Below are positions 28,501 through 36,331 of a stretch of DNA of 64,000 nucleotides, one piece after another; position 1 is the stretch's first letter; the number at the start of each line of letters is the position of its first letter. The DNA is from an uncultured Anaerolineales bacterium. Lineage in GTDB: Bacteria > Chloroflexota > Anaerolineae > CG2-30-64-16. The position numbers and the translations under genes are program-made. The stretch spans positions 25,572 through 89,571 of the forward strand of contig CAYYTK010000017.1 in the NCBI GenBank assembly GCA_964474695.1. Reading direction: 5' to 3'. The notes beneath the pieces were generated by a model. The model searched no databases. It saw only the letters and a list, made by a program, of their open reading frames with translations, and had not been told where the DNA came from.

Positions 28501-29581
28501 CTCCGCATCGAACGACCATACGCTCAAGGTGTGGGACGTGGCCAGCGGGCAAGAGTTACGCACGCTGGAGGGCCATACCGAAGGTGTTCGAGCCGTGGCC
28601 CTCACGCCAGACGGCCGGCTGGCCGTCTCCGCATCGAACGACCATACGCTCAAGGTGTGGGACGTGGCCAGCGGGCAAGAGTTACGCACGCTGGAAGGCC
28701 ACAGTGGTGCAATTACCGCCATCGCACTCACAGCAGATGGGCAGCTGGCTGTCTCCGCATCGAGTGACCATACACTCAAGGTGTGGCAGATTTCGGCGCC
28801 GCATGATCTGAACCGCGTTCGCCGATGGCAGGCCCAAGAACCTTATGCGGACGTGGCCACAGGGATGGAAATGCACACCCTGGACGGCCATAGTTGGTGG
28901 GTCGAAGCCGTGGCACTCACAGCAGACGGCCGCCTAGTCGTCTCCGCATCGTTCGATGAAACGCTTAAGGTATGGGATTTGGCGAGCGGCCAGGAGCTAC
29001 GCACCCTGGCCAGCTATGCCTATGGGGCAACCTCCGTTGCACTCACACCGGATGGCAGGTCGATCATCTCCGCATCGAACGACCATACGCTTAAGGTGTG
29101 GGACGTAGCGAGTGGAACGGCGCTACGGACTCTGGCAGGTCGTGCCAATGGAGTCCGAGCGGTGGCGATCACACCGGACGGCCGACTGGCCATCTCCGCA
29201 TTGCAAGACAAAACGCTCAAGGTGTGGGACGTGGCCAGCGGGAATATGCGCGCATCGTATATAAGCGAAGGGCTGGCCACGTGTTGCCCGTCGAGTGGAG
29301 CCGACGGACTCTTGCTGATGGGCGACGCAAGCGGGCGCGTACACTTTCTGCGCTTGGAGAACGTGGCCTTCGGGCCGACAATCATCACTGCGTGGCAAGC
29401 ACCTGCGGCTCTCGATGTGGCCTTCGGCTGCACCCACTGCCGCACCTGGTCCGAGGTCCCCGCGTCGACGCTGGGCACGGAACTGCCCTGCCCCCGCTGC
29501 GGCAAGCCGGTCAAGCTCAACCCATTCGTGATCGAGGCGGACTGGCGGCCGGTGGCGGCCGCGTGGCGAGGTGAACGTTAA
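25502..29581 (+). CDS. TIR - NB-ARC (STAND) - 14 x WD40 - C-terminal Zn-ribbon protein
   Basis: TIR: IFLSYARDDDEPFVRRLYDDLTEAGFTVWFDR, LLLVVGPKAVASDYVAAEWRCALE. P-loop LQGMGGVGKSVLAAAFA and Walker B CLLVLDDAWD. Fourteen blades of the type GHxxxVxAVALTPDGRLAVSASxDxTLKVWDVASGQELRTL. Tail: CTHCRTW...CPRCG. An alternative ATG start lies at 25508. Confidence 0.9.
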   Translation: MTMDGQMTSIFLSYARDDDEPFVRRLYDDLTEAGFTVWFDRVSMPSRALTFLQEIRDAIAASNRLLLVVGPKAVASDYVAAEWRCALELCLAVTPVLRLGDYNLVPPELSVHHCPDARPERPYADALAELLRVLAEPVPPLAALHGVPSLPAHFLPRPTDLAFLDEAVLADVRGPTVITSARQTTALQGMGGVGKSVLAAAFARSCGARRAFGDGIVWLTLGQQPDLLRVALALAAALGDDLAEYTDLQRARNRLPKLLDDKKCLLVLDDAWDVAHAELFANSLGPRCRLLVTTRDGGLAAALGAQERRLDVLELDAALSLLADWSGKASETLPSEACEVAAECGYLPFALALCGAMARDGAPWADLLDALREADLAFLQAQFPNYPYPDVLRALKVSVDALAASDPNWARHYQELAVFPPDEAVPEAAIVQLWVHTNGLNERTARQLLTTLGRKSLVRLEGQAPHRRVALHDLQHDYLRAALRDLTGLHAELLAAYREKCPEGWHAGPNDGYFFERLTWHLALAGRAAELRDLLLDYRWIRAKLGASGPAALIADYDVAFDLAAPRGAGDETVRPVQGAIRLSAHVLARDVEQLPSQITGRLLARREEEIEKLLQQVRDETKTPWLRPLAPTLDAPGGALVRTLTGHTSGVLAVALTPDGRQAISASGDKTLKVWDLTSGKELRTLAGHTNDVTGVALTPDGRLAISTSEDTLKVWDVASSQELRTITCHDGWIKAVALTPDGRLAVSASWDSTLKVWDVASGQELRTLAGHVGTVEAVALTPDGRLAVSASEDETLEIWDVASGQRLRTLAGHTGWVWGVAITADGRLAVSASWDNTLKVWDIATGKELHTLVGHSKGVKAVTLSPDGRLAISGSDDRTLKVWDVASGQELCTLAGHAGPITAVAVTPDGRLAVSASWDQTLRVWDVASGQGLRALTDHAGAVTTVALTLDERLAVSASSDMTLKVWDVASGSELKTLEGHAGQITAVALTPDGRLAVSASNDHTLKVWDVASGQELRTLEGHTEGVRAVALTPDGRLAVSASNDHTLKVWDVASGQELRTLEGHSGAITAIALTADGQLAVSASSDHTLKVWQISAPHDLNRVRRWQAQEPYADVATGMEMHTLDGHSWWVEAVALTADGRLVVSASFDETLKVWDLASGQELRTLASYAYGATSVALTPDGRSIISASNDHTLKVWDVASGTALRTLAGRANGVRAVAITPDGRLAISALQDKTLKVWDVASGNMRASYISEGLATCCPSSGADGLLLMGDASGRVHFLRLENVAFGPTIITAWQAPAALDVAFGCTHCRTWSEVPASTLGTELPCPRCGKPVKLNPFVIEADWRPVAAAWRGER
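27428..29250 (+). repeat. 126-nt-period coding tandem array (14 WD40 blades) with very high inter-blade identity
   Basis: The periodicity is visible in both DNA and protein. It includes a perfect 103-nt duplication (28467-28569 = 28593-28695). Confidence 0.9.
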
Positions 29582-29624
29582 TCTCAGGTCTTTCCACGCA
29601 GGAGCAGGACAAAAACCCTGGCTT

Positions 29625-29653
29625 TTGACGCTGATGGAGCCATACGGTATAAT
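29625..29653 (+). promoter_or_regulatory. near-consensus sigma70 promoter TTGACG-17 nt-TATAAT
   Basis: The hexamers are read directly: TTGACG at 29625-29630, TATAAT at 29648-29653, with a 17-nt spacer. The site is about 90 nt upstream of the first gene of the AT-richer cassette. Confidence 0.5.
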
Positions 29654-29742
29654 CTTGACCTGACCTTTGTAATTGTATTCTGCCTCCGGCTTGTCCCGAG
29701 AGTCCTGGCAACCTCGATATATAGCAGGCATAAGAGGGCCCG

Positions 29743-30387
29743 ATGATGAGCAGTGGTGATGTTGTCGAGTATAGCCGCAAGGTGGGCCGCATCGTGTACG
29801 ATAGCTACGGCAAAGCACCTAAGGACGGCGGCTGGTCCTTTAGTGCCGACGGTACGCTGGAAGAAAACGTATACAAGGTCGAAATCACGCCGAACGGCGA
29901 TATCTTTGGCCGCCACGGGGACCTTAAGGACTATACTAAAGCTATCGGCCTTTCCGGTCAGCGAGCCGAAGGCATCGCGAACCTCGAATCCCATCACCTT
30001 ATTCCGGCGGAGATACTCGAACAGATAGGGATCGCCAAAGAAGACGGTATCGCTGTTGCTGTAGACTCCGTCGGCCATATGAAAGATATCCACGGTAACG
30101 GTGGCCTGGTTAAGGGTCTTCTCTTCACTGACATCGACCAACTCAAAAACTACTACAAGGAAACTTACGCCAGCCTGGGAGCACCCGAGTGGGCTGACAA
30201 GGTGGACGAGTACATCGAGGCCAACCGCGACACGTTTACGAAAGGCCTGGCTGCGATCGCCGATCAACTGGAAGCTGGCCAGCCGGACCCACTGGCCGAA
30301 CCCGCCATGGATGAAGTACAGGATGCTTCCGATGCCTTGGAAGCAGGCGGCGATGCAGTGAAGGACGTTGGCACTGATAAAGTATGA
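29743..30387 (+). CDS. hypothetical protein with xHH signature (possible HNH/EndoVII-fold AHH/SHH-type nuclease)
   Basis: ANLESHHLIPAEILEQIGIAKEDGIAVAVDSVGHMKDIHGNGG follows an HH...H...H pattern resembling my memory of AHH/SHH toxin nucleases. The C-terminal tail is acidic. An AGAGGG RBS is present. The + strand is preferred over the antisense ORF 29584-30267 because of promoter orientation and codon pattern. Confidence 0.55.
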   Translation: MMSSGDVVEYSRKVGRIVYDSYGKAPKDGGWSFSADGTLEENVYKVEITPNGDIFGRHGDLKDYTKAIGLSGQRAEGIANLESHHLIPAEILEQIGIAKEDGIAVAVDSVGHMKDIHGNGGLVKGLLFTDIDQLKNYYKETYASLGAPEWADKVDEYIEANRDTFTKGLAAIADQLEAGQPDPLAEPAMDEVQDASDALEAGGDAVKDVGTDKV

Positions 30388-30390
30388 TAT

Positions 30391-30858
30391 TTGACCCCGA
30401 GGGAGTTTGACGTGGAAAAACGACCACCCATCTTCTCACTACTCCTATTCCTGGAGGAGTTCGCTATGTGGCAGCCAGGAACCATAAACACCATCGTCGA
30501 GCGCTTTCTCCAGCTGGCGCTTAAGTCGACACCGGACGTTTCCCAATGGTTGACCCTGCTTAATCCGGGCCTATCTATCCTCCTGTTTCTGGTCACAGTG
30601 GGGGCGACAGTTGGGTATGTGCACTCGCTGCTCTACAACTCCATCAGCCCCGGCCTGATTCTCTTCATGAACCGACACTCTATCATCCGCTTCATCCTGG
30701 CCGGCCTGGTCGCTTTCTGGCTCTTGCGCCAGCTGATGGCGACGCTTTCGGGCGACGTGGGCAGCCTGATGGACCTGTATATCGACAAGTCCTTCTGGAC
30801 AATGCTCTTCGTGGGGATTGCGGCATACAAGTTCGTGTCCCCATCTCGCCAGGATTAG
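30391..30858 (+). CDS. small polytopic membrane protein
   Basis: Hydrophobic helices PIFSLLLFLEEFAMW, LSILLFLVTVGATVGYV, IIRFILAGLVAFWLL and FWTMLFVGIAAYKFV. The track uses TTG at 30391; an in-frame GTG at 30412 with GAGGGA 7 nt upstream is an equally good start. Confidence 0.6.
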   Translation: MTPREFDVEKRPPIFSLLLFLEEFAMWQPGTINTIVERFLQLALKSTPDVSQWLTLLNPGLSILLFLVTVGATVGYVHSLLYNSISPGLILFMNRHSIIRFILAGLVAFWLLRQLMATLSGDVGSLMDLYIDKSFWTMLFVGIAAYKFVSPSRQD

Positions 30859-30870
30859 GAGGTAGGTGCC

Positions 30871-31668
30871 ATGACACGTCTGGTGCTGATTCATGATGAG
30901 ATGGGGAGAAACTACCGACTGGTGACCGGAGAAAGCCGTATCGGGATATGGCTAAAGCGCACAGTTGAGCGGCGCAACACCGGCTACAGCAAGATCCTCG
31001 ATATAGTACTGCCCATCCGCCAGAGCGAGACCTTGGCCCTGGGCCAGATCGATGCCAGCCTGACGCTGCAGATCGACTGCCGCGATGGCAGCCTGGAGCG
31101 GACCCTCAACGACCGCCAACGTGAGTCGCTGGAGACCCTGGTTAACAACGGAGCCAGCAGCATCAAGGCGCATATTGAGACGGTAGTCAGCCACGTCAAG
31201 ATGCGCGCCGCCGTCCCTGGCGTCACCCCACTCGACCTGAATCGGGCGCTCAGCCTCATCTATCCTCACATCATCGCAAGGACCAGGGATGTGTTAGGGC
31301 TGGCAACCGAGGAGCCGAACCTGCCTTTCTTGTCCGTTCGCCTGGGCGACACGCTTAATCTCTCCCGATTCGTCGATCGCCTCATCGAACAGGATCTGAA
31401 AGATCGCACGACGCTAATCGAGAAGATCGCAACGCCAGAACTCACAACAGCCTATCCGCCGGAGGAGGAGCTGCGCATCCGCCGGGAGCACTACGAACTC
31501 ATAATGCAGCAGTGGCCCCTCTCCCTTGCGCCCGTGATCAGCGACCCAAGTGCCCTGCTGCCGGTTGTTGACGAGTACGCTGACGGGCTCATCCAGGACC
31601 TGCATGTTGCAGAACCGCCTGCCCCTGGCTTATTCGGCCGTCTTTTAGGCGGGGGACGTCAGAGATGA
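30871..31668 (+). CDS. hypothetical protein (no confident family; faint SPFH/band-7-like periodicity only)
   Basis: Strong AGGAGG RBS upstream. The stop overlaps the next start (ATGA at 31665-31668). I recognise no catalytic motif. Confidence 0.65.
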   Translation: MTRLVLIHDEMGRNYRLVTGESRIGIWLKRTVERRNTGYSKILDIVLPIRQSETLALGQIDASLTLQIDCRDGSLERTLNDRQRESLETLVNNGASSIKAHIETVVSHVKMRAAVPGVTPLDLNRALSLIYPHIIARTRDVLGLATEEPNLPFLSVRLGDTLNLSRFVDRLIEQDLKDRTTLIEKIATPELTTAYPPEEELRIRREHYELIMQQWPLSLAPVISDPSALLPVVDEYADGLIQDLHVAEPPAPGLFGRLLGGGRQR

Positions 31669-33470
31669 GACTCGCGTTTGCGCGCGAGTTGCGAATCACG
31701 GGCACCGAAATCCCTGAAGAACTTCAGGTCGCGGCACGCTCGATAGCTGGTCGCAACGCGCGGCTGCTCATTGCGAACGATGGGACACGATGCTGGTTGC
31801 TGAGTTGGGAGGGCGATCAACTTTACTCCTCCTACGTTATCCAGGCTGCATCAGTTGAACCCCGACAGGAACCCCAGTTCAATTCTCGCTATTGGGTTCG
31901 CCGGCCTCCCGAGCGATCAGGTCATAGTTTCCGTATCGGCGGCGTTGAGGTGGATTCCATTTTGACGTTGCCATGGGAGGAATTGTTACGCCGCAATGAC
32001 ACCTTTGGTGTTCTGGTACGCGCCACCAACACCCGACAGGTACCGATTAGCGACCGCGGCGGAATCGTGGAACTGGAGATCGCAACAGATAATCAGGCGG
32101 TAGCCGAGCAGATGTGCGTCTGGTTCGGCGGCTTCATCTCCGAACGTCCCGTCAGCACCTATGCCTACACGCACGAGTTGGTCTACTTCTTTCGCCCGCC
32201 GGTGCAGTCAGCCGCCTATTTTCCTGATGGCGTCCTGGTCACAACGCCTGACCTGCTGCAGAGACTGAGGGTTGAGCCTGATCTGTTGACCCGTCATATC
32301 CTCATTTGCGGCCGGGCCGGATCCGGGAAGACCAACACAAGCAAGCTGTTGCTGACTCGTCTATGTGAGACGAACCGCCCCAGGGGCATCCTCATCCTGG
32401 ACCCTCACGGCGAGTACGGCGATGTAGCCGCGCGGCATCCCAAGTGGAGCCTACAATGTATCGCAGCGGGGCGCGAAGGGAAGCAATTGGGCCGACTGAA
32501 CATCAACCCCTTCCTCCCTGCGCCTGCGCAAAACCTAGAAGCACATCTCGACACGCTTAGCACCGTATTCGCAATCTCTGCCTTTCGGGGCGGTGGGACG
32601 AATCTCCCCAGCTACATGCATCAGTTGCTCCGCCTGTTTGTAGCCGACATGTGGCGCAAACAGAATAGCTGGCCAGAGAAATCTCCGCTAAACCGCGCGC
32701 AACGTCGCGAAGTGCTGAGCAAGACGGGCCAAGAGGTCCGCGCAGCCCAATTCCTGGCCTCTCCCCGCGAAGGTCCTTCGACGCTGGACCAGTTGTGTGA
32801 CTTTTGGGACGAACACCGCCAGGCTATTCTGACCGAGATGACGGGCGGGCAGACAGGCAGCCAGAGGGCTGACCTTGAGGCGGTCATCACCGCCCGCCTG
32901 AACGAGATCGAGATGAGCCTGCTGCGCCACTTCGACTACTCGACCCAGGGCCGGAGCCTGGCTGCGCTCCTTCATACGCCCGCAGTGATCTCTCTGGAAG
33001 GCGCCTCTGAGGCAGATGTCGGCCTGCTGGTCTCGTTGCTCATGATGGGCGTGGCGGAGGCTGCACTGGTCGCACCGCGCCAGGACTGCCTAGAAACGGT
33101 ACTGGTCATCGAGGAGGCGCACCGTGTAATGCAGCGGCCCGGCCCCGAGTCGGCTGAGTTCCAAAGTGCGAAGCAGCGTCTGACCAGCACGTTTCAGCGG
33201 GCTTTCCGTGAGTTGCGGTCGCGCGGCGTGGGCCTGTTTGTCATCGACCAGAGTCCATACACCTTGATCGACGAAGCATTCGCCAATACCGGCGTCAAGA
33301 TCGCTCACCACCTGCAGTTACCGGAGGATCAAGAACGGATCAAGAAGGTATTCCAGGTGGATGGAGTTGATCTGGCATCGTTCGAACGCGGGGAGTGCCT
33401 TGTGAAAGTTGAGGGTAATCCTGCTTATCGGACTAAGATGCCGCTTTGGGACGAAGCTGCCGTGAGATAA
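31665..33470 (+). CDS. HerA/FtsK-superfamily (DUF87-like) P-loop ATPase
   Basis: Walker A HILICGRAGSGKTNTSKLL, ILILDPHGEY, Walker B VLVIEEAHRVM, and LRSRGVGLFVIDQSPYTLIDEAFANTGVKIAHHL. The ~200-aa N-terminal domain is unassigned. Confidence 0.8.
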   Translation: MRLAFARELRITGTEIPEELQVAARSIAGRNARLLIANDGTRCWLLSWEGDQLYSSYVIQAASVEPRQEPQFNSRYWVRRPPERSGHSFRIGGVEVDSILTLPWEELLRRNDTFGVLVRATNTRQVPISDRGGIVELEIATDNQAVAEQMCVWFGGFISERPVSTYAYTHELVYFFRPPVQSAAYFPDGVLVTTPDLLQRLRVEPDLLTRHILICGRAGSGKTNTSKLLLTRLCETNRPRGILILDPHGEYGDVAARHPKWSLQCIAAGREGKQLGRLNINPFLPAPAQNLEAHLDTLSTVFAISAFRGGGTNLPSYMHQLLRLFVADMWRKQNSWPEKSPLNRAQRREVLSKTGQEVRAAQFLASPREGPSTLDQLCDFWDEHRQAILTEMTGGQTGSQRADLEAVITARLNEIEMSLLRHFDYSTQGRSLAALLHTPAVISLEGASEADVGLLVSLLMMGVAEAALVAPRQDCLETVLVIEEAHRVMQRPGPESAEFQSAKQRLTSTFQRAFRELRSRGVGLFVIDQSPYTLIDEAFANTGVKIAHHLQLPEDQERIKKVFQVDGVDLASFERGECLVKVEGNPAYRTKMPLWDEAAVR

Positions 33471-33605
33471 GAGAGTGCGCGGCCACATCATTGACGCCGA
33501 TCGCTTAGCTGGAAGGATGTCACATTCGTGCCGGACACCCGTCGTCCCCGCACGGAGTAACTCTGCATATACAGGCTTGATCGCCTGATGCAGACGCCGT
33601 CTTGT

Positions 33606-33651
33606 GAGAGCCATCCCGAATGCCGCCAAGCAATTCGTTGGGATGGCTCTC
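33606..33651. repeat. 12-bp perfect inverted repeat GAGAGCCATCCC-22 nt-GGGATGGCTCTC between convergent genes
   Basis: Read directly from the sequence. No clear U-tract follows. It could be a bidirectional terminator or a protein-binding site. Confidence 0.35.
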
Positions 33652-33825
33652 GTCGTTTAAGCGCCACGGCGTCCGCACCTTGTTTGCTAAGGTGCAATTC
33701 AGTTGTCTGTTGCCATCTTACTTACTTTCGTGTAGGTTGTCAAATCACCTGTTTCCGCGCTTTTCCTCTCCTTCCCCCTTCGGCAGGCTTTGTTACCCCG
33801 GCCAGCCGGGCACGTAATTCATCCA

Positions 33826-36207
33826 TCACTCATCGGCTACCTCCGCAAGCTCTTCGCCCGCCTTGCGGAAAGACGGCCGGCGCCGCTTCGGTTTCGGCTG
33901 CTCTCCTTTGACGGCCAGGACCTCGACCAGGGTGAACTCCGAGCCGATCAATGTCGCCGCGCCGCGCCCTGCGGCTTCCGCGGCCAGCCGCGCTAGACCC
34001 TTCTGATAAGCATCGTCGGACAGGCTCGCCAAGAGACCGGGGCGCTGTTGGGCGATGGCGTGAGCCGCGGCCAGGCTGATCGGCTGGTAGAAGCTGTGCT
34101 CTCTGAGCTTGACGCCGAAACCCGCCTCGCGCAGGGCCGTGCTGAACTTGTAGCTGGTCCACAGCGTGTCGCGCACATAGACCCAGGCGTCCGGAAAATA
34201 GGTGAAGACCCAGTGCGCCGGCATCGCCGGTGGCATCAGGTCCACGAAGCGCCAGTAGCCGCCTGGCTCCAGGAGTGCGTACACCTGGGGCAGCAGCTCC
34301 ACGAACTCGGCCTGGCTCGCCATGGCCAGCGGCGTGTCCAGGCACGCCAGCGACCCGGCCGGGAGCGCCAAGGCCTCGGGCAGCGTCAGGCGGCGCAGGG
34401 TGACATCCGGCCACTTGCGGGGGTCAACGACAAGATCGGGCACGCCGGCGCGCGGCACGGCCACAACCGCGCCGCCCTCGTGCGCGCCCTGGCGCCGTCC
34501 GCGCAAGACGTCGCTCAGGGCCGGGCTGATGCGGGCGCTCGGATTGGCGGGCCAGGGCCAGGCCGGCAGGAAGGGCAGCGCGACCGGTTCCTCAAGGGCC
34601 GCCATCAGCGGCGGCAGGCTGGGGATAGTCAGGGCCTCAGCCGTGTCCGGCAGCCACACCGGCACGAAGCTGCCCATCTCGCGCTCGGCCAGCAGCGGGA
34701 TCTTGCGGAAGAGCGGCACGAAGGGCGCGGTCGGATAGATGAGCTGCAGGCGCCCCTGGGCCACGTCGACGCGCGCGTCCCGCAGCATCAACTGGGTGAG
34801 ATCGCGCTGATCACCAACCTCGGCGTCGTCCCACACCTCGGAGAGGGAGTCCAAGAGCACGGCCGCCTGCTTCACCTGCTCCAGGTCTTCTTCACTGGGC
34901 AGCCCTTCCAGCTCACGGCGCAGGCGCTCCAGCTCGCGGCGATAGATGTCCTCGTTCTCGGCGAAATCGCCCCGCACGAAACCCTCGATCAGCCGCCGCC
35001 GCGCGGCCATGAGCCGCTCGCGCTGGTTGGCCAAAGTCGCGACCTTATCCCCTTCGCCGATCATCTGCGCCAGCTCCGCCTGCCAGTCCGGCGGCAATTG
35101 CAAGAGCCGCAGGATGGCGCCGATCTGCGTGTGCAGCGGCTCGATGCGGGTGCCCAGCCGGGCGTTGGGACAGTCGTCGTAGCCCCGGTCATAGGACATC
35201 TCGCGGTAGTAGCCGCCGGTGTCCGAGGCCTGCGCGCGCAGGTTGCGGCCGCACAAGTGGCAGCGGGCGAGCTGGCTCAACAGATAGGGCCGTGACACGG
35301 TGCTCAAGATGCGTGAGCGGTGCTGATGGCGCTGCCGCACGCGCACGCTGGCGTCCCACATTTCCTCCGAGATCAGCGCCTCATGCTGGCCCTGAAACAC
35401 CTCGCCGACGCCCCGCGCGCGCTGTCCGGCCTTGTAGATCACCTTGCCGGCGTAGAACGGATTGCGCAGCATGTCCGTGACGGTGTCCTTGGAGAAGCGC
35501 CGGCCGGCCCGGGTGCGCCAGCCGCGATCGTTGACCATGTCGGCGATCTCGGCGAAGGAGAAGCGGCCGGTCACGTAGCGCTCAAACATGAAGCGCACCG
35601 CCTCGGCCTCGGCGGGTGCGACCACCGGCGCCACCCGCGCCGAGTCGCCGAACGCGTAACCGTAGGGGCAGACTGAGGCATTGTAGAGACCTTCGCGCGC
35701 CCGCTCCCGCTTCGCCTTCTTGGTGTGCATGCGCAAGATATCAATGTAGTACTGGTTGATCGCCGCGATCATGGTCAGCATGAAGCGGCCGGTCGGGCTG
35801 GAGAGGTCGAACTCCGGCTCCTTGACCGAGGCGAAGCCGACCTTGCAGCGGCCCAGCCGATCGAAGATGGAGAAGGTGTCGTAGACCGAGGAACGCGACA
35901 GCCGAGAGAGTTCGTGGACGATCACGACGTCGAACGCGCCCTGCTCAGCCGCAGTGAGCATATTCTGCAAGCCCGGCCGGTCGAGGGTCTGACCGCTGAT
36001 GCCGGCGTCCACGAACTCGCTGACCACGGTCCAGCTGCGAGCCGTGGCATACTCCCGGATTTCGTTCAGTTGGGCCGTGATCGAAAGGCCTTCCTCAGCC
36101 TGCATCTCGGTGGAGACGCGCGCGTACGCCGCGACGCGCTCGACCGCCAGTTTCCTGTCGCGGTAGCTTGTGGCCGGGTGACCTTTGCGAGCAGCAGAAG
36201 CCATCAA
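33826..36207 (-). CDS. large serine recombinase with ~300-aa C-terminal methyltransferase-like extension
   Basis: Resolvase catalytic region VAAYARVSTEMQAEEGLSITAQ, VVIVHELSRLSRS. Recombinase domain (YGYAF, MLRNPFYAGKV). Zn-ribbon CHLCGRNL...CPN. Coiled coil. The C-terminus then contains AEFVELLPQVYALLEPGGYWRFVDL, reminiscent of class-I SAM-MTase motifs. Confidence 0.9.
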   Translation of the reverse strand: MMASAARKGHPATSYRDRKLAVERVAAYARVSTEMQAEEGLSITAQLNEIREYATARSWTVVSEFVDAGISGQTLDRPGLQNMLTAAEQGAFDVVIVHELSRLSRSSVYDTFSIFDRLGRCKVGFASVKEPEFDLSSPTGRFMLTMIAAINQYYIDILRMHTKKAKRERAREGLYNASVCPYGYAFGDSARVAPVVAPAEAEAVRFMFERYVTGRFSFAEIADMVNDRGWRTRAGRRFSKDTVTDMLRNPFYAGKVIYKAGQRARGVGEVFQGQHEALISEEMWDASVRVRQRHQHRSRILSTVSRPYLLSQLARCHLCGRNLRAQASDTGGYYREMSYDRGYDDCPNARLGTRIEPLHTQIGAILRLLQLPPDWQAELAQMIGEGDKVATLANQRERLMAARRRLIEGFVRGDFAENEDIYRRELERLRRELEGLPSEEDLEQVKQAAVLLDSLSEVWDDAEVGDQRDLTQLMLRDARVDVAQGRLQLIYPTAPFVPLFRKIPLLAEREMGSFVPVWLPDTAEALTIPSLPPLMAALEEPVALPFLPAWPWPANPSARISPALSDVLRGRRQGAHEGGAVVAVPRAGVPDLVVDPRKWPDVTLRRLTLPEALALPAGSLACLDTPLAMASQAEFVELLPQVYALLEPGGYWRFVDLMPPAMPAHWVFTYFPDAWVYVRDTLWTSYKFSTALREAGFGVKLREHSFYQPISLAAAHAIAQQRPGLLASLSDDAYQKGLARLAAEAAGRGAATLIGSEFTLVEVLAVKGEQPKPKRRRPSFRKAGEELAEVADE

Positions 36208-36331
36208 TTACCTCCACACGGGTAAGCAGGCCGATTATACCCCAGGCCCGCGCACCTCCGTAAATCGCCCGGAACAGGGCGGCCTGAGACCCATCACAGG
36301 GGCAGGGTGGCGCCTCGCCCTGCCCCAGACC

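Noticed and set aside
27428-29250. Regular ~126-nt DNA periodicity here and at 55449-58065, which could superficially suggest a CRISPR array or satellite.
   Set aside because: The period equals one 42-aa WD40 blade. The whole region is one continuous ORF, there is no repeat/unique-spacer alternation, and no cas genes are present.
29584-30267. A 227-aa minus-strand ORF antisense to the first gene of the AT-richer cassette.
   Set aside because: It would run through the consensus + strand promoter and has no RBS or motif. The + strand ORF has an RBS, operon continuity and the xHH motif.
33775-33789. A 15-nt identity (CCCCTTCGGCAGGCT) between the intergenic region downstream of the HerA-like gene and the structured insertion in the RM gene (40589-40603), considered as evidence for a shared mobile repeat.
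   Set aside because: A single 15-mer match within 64 kb of GC-rich DNA, counting both strands, is within chance expectation. It needs a genome-wide copy-number check before it means anything.
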